Part shown: positions 9,426 through 18,653 of the stretch, one piece after another
Layout: each line of letters starts with the position of its first letter
How positions within the stretch are numbered: the stretch's first letter is position 1
DNA from: an uncultured Gemmatimonadota bacterium
GTDB lineage: Bacteria; GCA-2686955
Length of the DNA stretch: 52,830 nucleotides
Direction of reading: 5' to 3'
NCBI GenBank assembly: GCA_964490075.1
Contig: CAZBBK010000038.1
Span: forward strand, 1-52,830
Translations under genes and position numbers: made by a program
The notes under the pieces: generated by a model
Told to the model about the DNA's origin: nothing
Databases searched by the model: none
The model's input: the letters and a program-made list of their open reading frames with translations, nothing else

Positions 9426-11808
9426 AACGCACCGCAATGGGCAGCGAAGGAACAACCGCCCCCAGCGCCCGCGCGCGATCCGGCCCTTCGTCCACCCCTA
9501 CAACTTCATCCCGCTCCCCGAGCAGGGCCTCGGCGAGGCCGCGGAAGAGACCCCTTTCGCCCGCGCCCCCTTCCCCACCCATGCGCGCTACCTGAGCGGT
9601 CGCCATAGCGGCACCTTGACCTGCTCGCTGACGCTCGAGACGCACGCCTTTATCCCTCATCCACGCAAATGCGTGGCGAGCGAAGAGAACAACAAGGAAC
9701 ACAAAGAGCTCGGCTACTTCACCCTCGACCCGGTCGGCGAATGGGATCCGAACACCGACGACACAGTTCCGGCGCTGCCGGCCGGCAGTCTGCGCGGCAT
9801 GGTGCGCTCCACCTTCGAGACGCTGACCCTCTCCTGCTTCTCGGTCTTCGATGGCGGGCGACTCGACTACCGGCTCGGGCGAGATCCCTCGAGCCGCGGC
9901 GGCGCTCGTTATCTGCCGGCACGGGTCGTCGAGCTGAAGCGTGAAGATGGCAGCTTCGAATGCAAGGTGGAGCTGCTCGAGGGGCGGAGCGCGGCTGACC
10001 GGGCGCGAAAAGTGCTTCCTGTAGCTTTGCTCTATGCATACAACGAAAGAGTGAGGTTCAAGGACCGCGACTGGCGATGGACCACGGGAAGACAGACGAA
10101 GCTCTTTCGTGGGATCACCGCGAGGAACGGCGAACCGGTCGCGGTCGCCCTGGGCGCAATGACACGCGCCAGAAAGGGCTACCAATACCGGCCGGTCGAA
10201 GATCTCGAACCCGCAGGCGATCACGCCAAACTGCACACCGCCGGATGCCGCCCCCGCGACATCCGCTTCGGGTACCTGGTGGTCACCGGCCCCAACATCG
10301 AGAACAAGCACCATGAGCGGGTCTTCTTCGATGCCGACGCCACGTGCAACACCGATTTCCAAATGTCGCCAGAAGACAGATACCAGGCGTTCCTCTCGGC
10401 CAGACCAACGACCACCAAGGTCGGCGCCCGAATCGTGGAGGAGGCCGATCAGATGCTCGCCGGCTACGCCGATCGCCACGAGAAGGACCTGAAAAGAGCC
10501 CAGAGGGCCCCGCGCAGGATCTCCAACGGCAAGCCACCCCACCTGAGCGATTTCGTCGGCGCCAAGAAGCTGCGCGAGGACGATCTGGTCTACGCCTTGA
10601 TCGACGGCAACGGCACAATACAAGGCATCTACCCGGTCGCGATCCCGCGCATGACCCATCCCCAGGGGCGCGGCGATCTGCTGCACGAGGACTTCCACAA
10701 GTGTCGCGAACCGGAAGAGCTGTGCGCCGCCTGCCGGGTCTTCGGCTGGGTCCGCGGCGACGAGGTCGGGCGCAAGCACGAGCGGGACCAGGATCGCGAC
10801 GATGCCGTGCGCGGCCACGTTCGCTTCAGCCATGGACTGCTCCAGGGCGCCTGGGGTGACCGGCCGGAGCGCCAATCGATCCGTTGCGAGCTGCCGATCC
10901 TCGGCAGTCCCAAGCCGACGACCACCGGCTTCTATCTGCGGGAGCGAAAAGGCGTCGCCAACGCCCGCAAGAGACGCTGGCCGCAAGCCTGCAACGCCCC
11001 CGGCGCCTTCCCGCCCGGTCATCCCATGTATCGTGCGGAGGAGAGTCGGCTGCGAGGCCGCAAGCACTACCGCCGGCGTGAGAAGATCGATCCCGGAAGC
11101 AACGATCCAACCCGGGACGGCCTGCGCCGTCCCGAGGGCGAGCCTGACAGCCAGAGCAGAACCGTCCACCTCCTGCCGCCGAGGCTCCAGTTCCGCTTCC
11201 ACGTCCATTTCGACAACCTGAGCGGCCAGGAGCTCGGTGCCTTGCTGCAGTCGCTGGAGCTCGCCGAGAATGACGCGGCGGGCTGGCGCGCTCCGGCCGA
11301 AGGAGGATTCCGGCACGCCCTCGGCGCGGGCAAGCCGCTCGGCATGGGGGCGTGCCGCGTGCAGGTGCGGGAGATGCGCATCCATCACCGAGCAGAGAAT
11401 CCCAGTGCTCGCTACAAGGTCGCGCCCTGGGGCGAGGGCGACGTCGAGCCTCCCGAGAAGCCAACGATCTCCGATCTTCGGAAGGAGCTCTTCGATGCCT
11501 GGTCGGCCGCGGAGAGGAAGTCCCCCGACCTGGGGGCAACCCGCGCCGCCTTCTGCGAGCTCTACGCGGCCACTCCACCGAACGCGCCGATCCACTACCC
11601 GCCCAATCCCATGGGGCGGTTCGACAAGAACTTCGAGTGGTTCGTGCAGAACAAGCGGGGGCGGAGGGAGCGCGTCGACGGCGATTGGGTCACGCACGGG
11701 GGCCTGTCTCGTTCCCTCGCAACCCCGACCGAAGAGCGCGAGGAAGAAGCGAAGCGGCTGCCGGTCGACCCGGTCGAAGAGCGCGCGGCCACTCGACGGG
11801 GGAGGTGA
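9418..11808 (+). CDS. cas7: Cas7 with large insertion (TIGR03986-like RAMP)
   Basis: FVHPYNFIPL, LPAGSLRGMVRSTFETLT, KHHERVF, LCAACRVFG, ILGSPKPT, LRGRKHY, LGAGKPLGMG. Confidence 0.9.
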   Translation: MARTHRNGQRRNNRPQRPRAIRPFVHPYNFIPLPEQGLGEAAEETPFARAPFPTHARYLSGRHSGTLTCSLTLETHAFIPHPRKCVASEENNKEHKELGYFTLDPVGEWDPNTDDTVPALPAGSLRGMVRSTFETLTLSCFSVFDGGRLDYRLGRDPSSRGGARYLPARVVELKREDGSFECKVELLEGRSAADRARKVLPVALLYAYNERVRFKDRDWRWTTGRQTKLFRGITARNGEPVAVALGAMTRARKGYQYRPVEDLEPAGDHAKLHTAGCRPRDIRFGYLVVTGPNIENKHHERVFFDADATCNTDFQMSPEDRYQAFLSARPTTTKVGARIVEEADQMLAGYADRHEKDLKRAQRAPRRISNGKPPHLSDFVGAKKLREDDLVYALIDGNGTIQGIYPVAIPRMTHPQGRGDLLHEDFHKCREPEELCAACRVFGWVRGDEVGRKHERDQDRDDAVRGHVRFSHGLLQGAWGDRPERQSIRCELPILGSPKPTTTGFYLRERKGVANARKRRWPQACNAPGAFPPGHPMYRAEESRLRGRKHYRRREKIDPGSNDPTRDGLRRPEGEPDSQSRTVHLLPPRLQFRFHVHFDNLSGQELGALLQSLELAENDAAGWRAPAEGGFRHALGAGKPLGMGACRVQVREMRIHHRAENPSARYKVAPWGEGDVEPPEKPTISDLRKELFDAWSAAERKSPDLGATRAAFCELYAATPPNAPIHYPPNPMGRFDKNFEWFVQNKRGRRERVDGDWVTHGGLSRSLATPTEEREEEAKRLPVDPVEERAATRRGR

Positions 11809-13718
11809 TGGTGAAACAGTTGCTGCTCATGAGTGTGGGTCCGGTACAGGATTTCATCGCGACCGCCCGCACCTGTCAGGATCTCTGGTTCGGCTCCCGG
11901 CTGCTGAGCGACCTCTCCGAGACGGTCGCCCGATGCGCCGAATCCGAGACCGGATCGCCCGCGCTGATCTTCCCCGCGGATCTGACCCACGAAAGACCGG
12001 CGGTGGCGAACAAAGTGCTTATCGAGGTGGACGAAGGCTCGGCGGAATCGGTGGCGCAGGCATGTGAAGAGGCGCTCGGGGAACGCTTCGCGGAGATCGG
12101 GGAGCGGACGCTCTCGAAAGTGCGTCGTGAGCACCTGCTGGAGGATGTCGCTCGATCCCAGCTCATCGGGCTTCGCGAGTTCGACTGGACCGCGGTCGAG
12201 ATCTCCGGATCGTACGAAGATGCCAGACTCGCGGCCGAAAGTTGGCTGGCGGCCACCAAGAACGCGCGGCCCTGGTCCCAACCCGCCTGGCCGACGGCCA
12301 CGTCCGGCGGCGAAGGCATTCCCAAGTGTTCCATTTGCGGTGCCCGCGAATCGGTGCTGCGGGAAGACGCCTTCGACCTGGCCGCGGACGAGCTGTGGCG
12401 CGGATACCGGGCGGGAGAGGGCGAACGCCTCTGCGGGGTGGATCTGGTCAAGCGCTGGGGAGTCGACCCGAGCGTCGGGGATGCGCTCTTCGGCGATCGG
12501 CGACCCGTCTTTCACTCCACCTCGCATGTCGCTTCCGCGCCGCTCCTGGCGCGGATCGACGACTCCGCCCCGGCCGCGGTCGGCCGCTACCTCGGCGAGC
12601 TGGAGGTTCTCGGGCTCGACATCGATCTGCTGCGGATCAGGGTCCCGGGCGCGTCTCACGTCGAGCTTGGCGATCCTCTGCGCGGCGACAGGAGTCTGCG
12701 CGTTCCGCTCGCCGCCGCCCTCGATGCCCCAGCGCGACGCGGAATCGATGGTCGCATCTTCTACGAAGGGCAGCTCCGAGCCATGCTGCGGGAGGAGCGG
12801 ACCGAGATCGCGCCACCCTTCGAGGAAGGCGACGTCGAGAAGGCGCGGCAGGCGCTGGCGGCGGTGCTGGGTGAGCTCGAAGTGACCGAGCCCTTCCCCT
12901 ACTACGCATTCCTGCTCGCCGACGGCGACAAGATGGGGCAGGCGATCGAGACGATGGGGGAGGCCGATCGCCACCGCGCGCTCAGCGCACGACTCGAGGT
13001 CTTCTCGCGCACGACCCGCGACATCTTCGCGGGCCACCAGGGGAGCCTGATCTACGCCGGCGGTGACGACGTTCTGGGACTCGTGCCGGTGCATACCGCA
13101 CTGCAGTGCGCGACCGAGCTCAAGGATCGATTCGAGACCGAGCTCGCGCCGGTTTTCGAGGCCGGCGAGGAGCGCCCGACCCTCAGCGTCGGCCTCGCCT
13201 TCGTTCACCACCTGGAACCGATGACCCGGGCGCGCGCCCTGGCCAGGCGCGCCGAGGATCTGGCCAAGCGCGGCCCCGACGGCACGCCGGCGCGGGCGCA
13301 ACGCAACGCCCTCGGAATCGTCTACAGCCCGAGGAGCGGGGGCGAAATCAGCTGGAGATCTCAGTGGGGAGAAGGCGATCGATTGTGTCGCGGGTTGTGG
13401 GCCTGGGCGCGCCGCTATCTCGACGGCAGTCTGCCGCACGGCGCGCCCTTCGAGCTGGAGAACGCCCTCGCGCCTCTCCGCCTGGGGGACTCCTCGGAGA
13501 CCGACGACGCAGTGGTCCGCGGTCTCGCGCGGCGGGTTCTGGGGCGCCGTCGCGATGCCGGGGATGCGCCGATCGACACGACCGCATTCGAGGATCGTAT
13601 CGACGATCTCGAGGCCATTCAGTCACTGATCAGCGAGCTGCTCGTAGCGCGCCTGATGGCCCGTGCCTACGCGCAGGCGTGGGGCCCGCTGGAGACCGAC
13701 GAGGAGGATGGCGAGTGA
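11808..13718 (+). CDS. cmr2: Type III-B Cas10/Cmr2 (HD-less)
   Basis: SVGPVQDFIATARTCQDLWFGSRLLS, KCSICG, YYAFLLADGDKMG, IYAGGDD (GGDD 13059-13070). ATG overlaps the upstream TGA after GGAGG. Confidence 0.95.
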   Translation: MVKQLLLMSVGPVQDFIATARTCQDLWFGSRLLSDLSETVARCAESETGSPALIFPADLTHERPAVANKVLIEVDEGSAESVAQACEEALGERFAEIGERTLSKVRREHLLEDVARSQLIGLREFDWTAVEISGSYEDARLAAESWLAATKNARPWSQPAWPTATSGGEGIPKCSICGARESVLREDAFDLAADELWRGYRAGEGERLCGVDLVKRWGVDPSVGDALFGDRRPVFHSTSHVASAPLLARIDDSAPAAVGRYLGELEVLGLDIDLLRIRVPGASHVELGDPLRGDRSLRVPLAAALDAPARRGIDGRIFYEGQLRAMLREERTEIAPPFEEGDVEKARQALAAVLGELEVTEPFPYYAFLLADGDKMGQAIETMGEADRHRALSARLEVFSRTTRDIFAGHQGSLIYAGGDDVLGLVPVHTALQCATELKDRFETELAPVFEAGEERPTLSVGLAFVHHLEPMTRARALARRAEDLAKRGPDGTPARAQRNALGIVYSPRSGGEISWRSQWGEGDRLCRGLWAWARRYLDGSLPHGAPFELENALAPLRLGDSSETDDAVVRGLARRVLGRRRDAGDAPIDTTAFEDRIDDLEAIQSLISELLVARLMARAYAQAWGPLETDEEDGE

Positions 13719-14800
13719 CACTCTGGATCGCCGAGCCCCGAGACACGCTCGTGGTTCGTGACGGACGCCGTGAGTTCTCGGGCATGGGTCCGATGCGCTC
13801 GGTCGCCCTTCCCTGGCCGTCGACCACGGCCGGTTTCGTTCGCACCCGCGTCGGGCGCGACGAATCCGGGCGCTTTCGGTCGACCGTGGCCGAGGCGCGG
13901 GCGATCGAGGTGACCGGCGCCTGGCTGGCGCGTCTCGATGGCGAGGGCGAGGTCGATCAGTGGCTCTTTCCCGCCCCCCGCGACGCGCTCTGGGGCGCGG
14001 CGAAGAGCGGCACCCAGATGCGCCATCGTCTCGCGCCGGAGCCGGTTCCCGGCGGCATCACGACCAGCTGCAGGCTGCCGATGCTGCCTCGGCCACGCAC
14101 CGAGCTCCCGGCCGGAAAACCGACGCCGGGCCCGGCGTTCTGGACCGGCGCGGAGCTGGCCGACTGGCTCGCCGATCCCACGGATGCCGCGGCGGTCGGC
14201 AGCTTCGGTCACGACGCCCTGCACGACGAAACCCGCATTCACGTCTCGATCGAGGCGCAAACCAGGACGGCAAAGGAAGGCGCTCTCTTCGGTGAGGTCG
14301 GCCTGCGCTTCGTGACACCCGAACGCCGTCGTCTGGCGGTCGGCTTCCGCTGTGATCACGCCGGCCTGCGCGGCGGCGCGGGAACGCTGGGGGGAGAGCG
14401 GCGTGTATCGTATCTAAGACAGACTTCCAGGCGCCTGCCGGCACTGCCCCAAGCGTTCCCCGGAGATCTGGTCCGCGTCGTCCTGCTGACCCCGGCCATC
14501 TTCGCGGATGGCTACCTGCCGGCGAGCGGAGCGCTCTCCGGAACCGCGGTGGTCGCCGCCTGTGTCGGCCGCCCCGAGCCGATCTCCGGCTGGTCCTTCG
14601 AGACGATCCGGGACGCCGAGGGGAAGCGCGTGCAGAAGGGGCCGAAGCCGGTGCGCTGGATGGCCCCGGCCGGCAGCGTCTACTGGGTGAAGCCCGCCGA
14701 TCCCGTATCCTGGGCGGCCCGGCATCACCTCCAATGCGTCTCCGACGACACACAGGACCGCAAGGACGGTTTCGGCCTCGCGGCCGCGGGAGTGGGCTGA
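13715..14800 (+). CDS. cmr3: Cmr3 (Cas5 group)
   Basis: EPRDTLVVRDGR, LPWPSTTAG, TLGGERR, LLTPAIF, PAGSVYW, DGFG; GTG overlaps the cmr2 stop. Confidence 0.93.
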   Translation: MTLWIAEPRDTLVVRDGRREFSGMGPMRSVALPWPSTTAGFVRTRVGRDESGRFRSTVAEARAIEVTGAWLARLDGEGEVDQWLFPAPRDALWGAAKSGTQMRHRLAPEPVPGGITTSCRLPMLPRPRTELPAGKPTPGPAFWTGAELADWLADPTDAAAVGSFGHDALHDETRIHVSIEAQTRTAKEGALFGEVGLRFVTPERRRLAVGFRCDHAGLRGGAGTLGGERRVSYLRQTSRRLPALPQAFPGDLVRVVLLTPAIFADGYLPASGALSGTAVVAACVGRPEPISGWSFETIRDAEGKRVQKGPKPVRWMAPAGSVYWVKPADPVSWAARHHLQCVSDDTQDRKDGFGLAAAGVG

Positions 14801-15963
14801 TGCGGCGGACCAACGAGACACCGCGGAAGATGATCCGGCGCGACGGTCGGCCGTTGAAGCGACGCTTCGAAGTGATCTCTCCGGTGCATGACGGGGGCGT
14901 GGCCGCGGCAGGCGAGGCCGATCCCGTCACACCGGTGAGAACAGCGGCGATCCGTGGCCAGCTACGCTTCTGGTGGCGAGCCACCTGCGGCGTGGAGCGC
15001 GAAAGTGTCGCGGATATGCTGGCCGCGGAGACGCGGATCTGGGGCGCCGCCAGCAGCCCCGGCGCGGTCGCGCTCGCGATCACGGAACAGCCGGTCGCCA
15101 AGACGATGGAGCTGCCGGGCATCGGCGAGCCTCTCGGCTACGGCGGTTTCGGGTTGCGCACCTCGGCCGGGAAGCTCGGGATGTTCGAGGGAGAGTGCCA
15201 GCTGGTGCTGAGTGGCCCCGGGCTGGCGGACGCGGGAATCCGCGCGGAGGTGGAACGGGCGCTCGACGCGTGGTTGACTTTCGGAGGCATCGGCGGCCGC
15301 ACCCGGCGGGGTTTTGGCGCCGTCGCGTCGGCCGAGGGAGAATGCGATCCGGAAGAGACACTGAGGCGCCTGCGGCCGGGCTCGACGCTGCCCGACACGC
15401 CGAGCCTGAGTGGAGCACGGCTGGTGCTGGCGCCGGGCCGCAGCAGCACCGGGCGGGCGGCGCAGCAGAAGGCTCTGAAGCTGATGATGGACTTCCGCCA
15501 GAAGCCGGGATTGGCGCGCCGGGAAGGCGGGAAGCGCCCGGGGCGGAGCTTCTGGCCGGAAGCCGACGCCATCCGCCGCATCGCCGATAACCACAAGAAA
15601 GGACATGAGCCGGAGCACCCGGTCCACCAGAAAGCCCCCCGCGCCGAGTTCGGGCTTCCGCTCATCATCCAGTTCAAAGACAAGGACCGAGGAGATCCAC
15701 GGCAGCACGAGATCAAGCCGAAGGACTCGGAGCGGCTGGCGTCGCCGATTCTGCTTCGCCCGATCCGCATCAAGAAGAACAGCTACCGGGCGGCGGCCCT
15801 GCTCCTGGACGGCATCCGCGCCCGCGACCTCGCCCTGGAGACGAAGGGGGCGGGCCTCGAGGCCGGGCTCACGGAAGCCGAAGCCGCCCAGATCCGCCCT
15901 CTCGCCGGCAACGCCGATCCCCTGGACGCTTTCCTTGACTTCTTCTCACGTGGAGGCACTTGA
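14800..15963 (+). CDS. cmr1: Cmr1
   Basis: AIRGQLRFWWRA, FGGIGGRTRRGFG, PRAEFGLP, RLASPILLRP. Confidence 0.93.
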   Translation: MRRTNETPRKMIRRDGRPLKRRFEVISPVHDGGVAAAGEADPVTPVRTAAIRGQLRFWWRATCGVERESVADMLAAETRIWGAASSPGAVALAITEQPVAKTMELPGIGEPLGYGGFGLRTSAGKLGMFEGECQLVLSGPGLADAGIRAEVERALDAWLTFGGIGGRTRRGFGAVASAEGECDPEETLRRLRPGSTLPDTPSLSGARLVLAPGRSSTGRAAQQKALKLMMDFRQKPGLARREGGKRPGRSFWPEADAIRRIADNHKKGHEPEHPVHQKAPRAEFGLPLIIQFKDKDRGDPRQHEIKPKDSERLASPILLRPIRIKKNSYRAAALLLDGIRARDLALETKGAGLEAGLTEAEAAQIRPLAGNADPLDAFLDFFSRGGT

Positions 15964-16841
15964 TGAATCTCCGATTGATGTTCGTTCACGCCCTCTCGCC
16001 GCTGCACGCCGGAACCGGGCAGTCGGTGGGGGCCATCGATCTCGCCATCGCCAGAGATCGCGCCACCTCGTTCCCGTACCTGCCGGGCAGCTCGATCAAG
16101 GGATCGCTGCGGGATCGCGCCGGCGGCGCCAACGACGAAGTCATGGTCTTCGGTCCCCCTACGCAGAAGGCCCATGAGCACGCCGGCGCGCTGATCGTCG
16201 GCGACGCCAACCTGCTCCTTCTTCCGGTCCGGTCGGTGCGCGGAACCTACGCGTGGGCGACCTCGCCGTACCTGCTAGCTCGCTACGCTCGCGACGCCGT
16301 GGAGGCTGGCCTGAGCCCGCCCCAGGTGCCGAAGGTCGAGTCGATCGACCGGGGCCTCGTCGCCGGCGGCACTTCGTTGGCGGACAATCAAAATCGGATC
16401 ATCCTCGAAGATCTCGATTTCAAGGTCACGGCGGGCGACCAGGCAAATCAGTGGGCGGAGCACATCGCGAAGCTGCTCTTCCCCGGAAAAGCAGGAAAAG
16501 ACGATCCGTGGCCGGAGCTCTTGAAGAAACGCTTCTGCATCCTGCACGACGACACCATGGTCTTCCTGGCCCGTCATGCGACCGATGTGGTGGCGCGGAT
16601 CTCCATCGAAAACGACACCAAGACGGTCAAGAAGGGTGGGCTCTGGTATGAGGAGAGCCTGCCGGTCGAGACCATCCTGGTGGCGCTGATGGCAGCACAG
16701 GAGATCCCCGCGTCGAATGCAACCGCTACCGACGTGCTGAGGGCACTCGAGGGCTACAGCCGGGAGCCGCTGCAGCTGGGCGGAAACGCCACGGTTGGCC
16801 GGGGGCGCTGCCGCCTGGTGCTGGCGCGGGGGAACAACTGA
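15963..16841 (+). CDS. cmr4: Cmr4
   Basis: HALSPLHAGTGQSVGAIDLAIARD, PGSSIKG, GLWYEESLP, QLGGNATVGRG. Confidence 0.96.
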   Translation: MNLRLMFVHALSPLHAGTGQSVGAIDLAIARDRATSFPYLPGSSIKGSLRDRAGGANDEVMVFGPPTQKAHEHAGALIVGDANLLLLPVRSVRGTYAWATSPYLLARYARDAVEAGLSPPQVPKVESIDRGLVAGGTSLADNQNRIILEDLDFKVTAGDQANQWAEHIAKLLFPGKAGKDDPWPELLKKRFCILHDDTMVFLARHATDVVARISIENDTKTVKKGGLWYEESLPVETILVALMAAQEIPASNATATDVLRALEGYSREPLQLGGNATVGRGRCRLVLARGNN

Positions 16842-17215
16842 TGGCTACACGGCAACAACGATGGTCCAGCAAGGCGCTCGCCTGCGTCGAGGAGCGCCAG
16901 GCGGAGGGGCAAGCCAAGGACTTCGCGATCTCCAAGTACAAGACGCGCTGTCTCTCCACCCCCTCTCTCGTGCAACAGGCCGGCGTGGTTCAGGCGCTCG
17001 CCTTCATCATCTCGCGGGACCAAACCGGGCGCGACTTCGCCGACGATCTGGCCCAGACCTACGGCTTGAAGGACCGCGACGAGCTACTCAGGAAGGCCCA
17101 GAATGGTGGTCTCGGCGAGTACATGACACTGTCGGCCGACCTCATCTCGGTGGCGACATGGTTCCGGCGCTTCGCGCAATCGGAGCTCACGGCGGTCGAA
17201 GAGGACGACTCGTGA
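16841..17215 (+). CDS. cmr5: Cmr5 (small subunit)
   Basis: 124 aa helical protein between cmr4 and cmr6; TRQQRW, PSLVQQAGVVQALAF, WFRRFA. Confidence 0.9.
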   Translation: MATRQQRWSSKALACVEERQAEGQAKDFAISKYKTRCLSTPSLVQQAGVVQALAFIISRDQTGRDFADDLAQTYGLKDRDELLRKAQNGGLGEYMTLSADLISVATWFRRFAQSELTAVEEDDS

Positions 17216-18564
17216 GATCCCGCCGAAGCGCCCTGGGTGGCGTCAAACCCACGGCCGATACGCACCGCGGCCTGTGGCTCGACCGTTTCCTGACCGAGCA
17301 GAGAAACGCCGATGGCTCCTCATCCGACGACACCAAGAGCGCGCGCCAGAACCTGATCGAGAGCTGCGAGGACCACCCCGCGCCCGACGGATATGGCCAG
17401 GCGCACCGGCGCTGGAAGAGCTCTTTCGGCGACGACGCAACGCTCGCTCTGGCGACCGCGCGGGGCCGCATCGCTCTCGGCCTCGGCCAGGCCACGCCCC
17501 TGGAGGTGGGGCTGACGCTCGACCACACCTGGGGAGTGCCGAAGCTGCCCGGCACGGCCCTCAAAGGCCTCGCGGCCGCCGCCGCCCGCCATCTGCTCGG
17601 CTCTCCCGAGTGGGACGTCGGCGGCGAAAGCTACGACACCCTCTTCGGGACCACCGAACAGGCCGGAGTCGTGGACTTCATGGATGCCTGGTGGGAGCCG
17701 TCGGATGATGGGGCGAGCACCCCCATCCACCTCGACGTCATGACGGTTCATCACGGCGACTACTACGCCCGCGCCGGGAAGACCGGCGAGACGCCGCCGC
17801 CGCTCGACACCGACAAGCCCAATCCGGTCTCTTTCGCCAGCGTCAGCGGGAGCTACCTCGTGGTGGTTCGGGGACCGGCCGAATGGCGCGAGGCGGCGCT
17901 CGCCCTGCTCTGGATCGGCCTGAAAGAGCTCGGGATCGGAGCCAAGACCAACGCCGGCTACGGCCGAATGAGCCTCGATGCGAGCAACTCCTTGATCGAC
18001 GGGCTTCGCACGCAAGAGGAGCAGGCCGAAAAGCAGCGCAAGGAAGAGGAAGAAGAGCGGCGCAAACAGATCGAGGAGCAGCTCGCGGAGAAGGCCAAGA
18101 AGGCAGAAGCCGACGCCCGGGAGAGGCAGCGCATACGGGATCTTGCCAAGCTCGGGCACGAAAACTGCGGACACCTGATGCCCAGGCTCCTGGAGACCGA
18201 ATCCGAGGAGCTCAGGAAGAAGGTGCTGCTACACGCCCGGGAGCTCGGACTCGAGTTCGTGAGGGGCCGCGAAGAGAAGGGCCTGCCCTGGGCCAAGGCA
18301 GTGATGGATGCATGGCCTGAGGAGGAACGTCCCAAACCGGCCCCCGTGGATCAGGAGCTGGCGAAAGTCCAATCGGCGGGAGAAGACGCCGAAGAGCTTC
18401 GCCGGCTCAAACAGCAATGCATGGAGGCGGAGGGCTGGTCGCCGGATGCCCGGGCCGCCCTGCTGGGCGCGCTCAAGAAGAAGTTCGGAGGCCGGCGGGT
18501 GAATCCCAAGAACAAGAGGCACTATACCGAGTTCAACGACTGGTACAAGAGCCAGAAGCGGTGA
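17212..18564 (+). CDS. cmr6: Cmr6 with long charged C-terminal extension
   Basis: EVGLTLDHTWGVPKLPGTALKG, DVMTVHH..YY, GIGAKTNAGYG, followed by a ~190-aa E/K/R-rich tail. Confidence 0.92.
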   Translation: MRSRRSALGGVKPTADTHRGLWLDRFLTEQRNADGSSSDDTKSARQNLIESCEDHPAPDGYGQAHRRWKSSFGDDATLALATARGRIALGLGQATPLEVGLTLDHTWGVPKLPGTALKGLAAAAARHLLGSPEWDVGGESYDTLFGTTEQAGVVDFMDAWWEPSDDGASTPIHLDVMTVHHGDYYARAGKTGETPPPLDTDKPNPVSFASVSGSYLVVVRGPAEWREAALALLWIGLKELGIGAKTNAGYGRMSLDASNSLIDGLRTQEEQAEKQRKEEEEERRKQIEEQLAEKAKKAEADARERQRIRDLAKLGHENCGHLMPRLLETESEELRKKVLLHARELGLEFVRGREEKGLPWAKAVMDAWPEEERPKPAPVDQELAKVQSAGEDAEELRRLKQQCMEAEGWSPDARAALLGALKKKFGGRRVNPKNKRHYTEFNDWYKSQKR

Positions 18565-18653
18565 AGCTCGGCCTCGACGGGCCGGCTTGAGCAGCGCCCA
18601 ATCGCACCCACTCCCCCACACGCACACCACGCTCGAGCTACCCTGCCCCCAGG

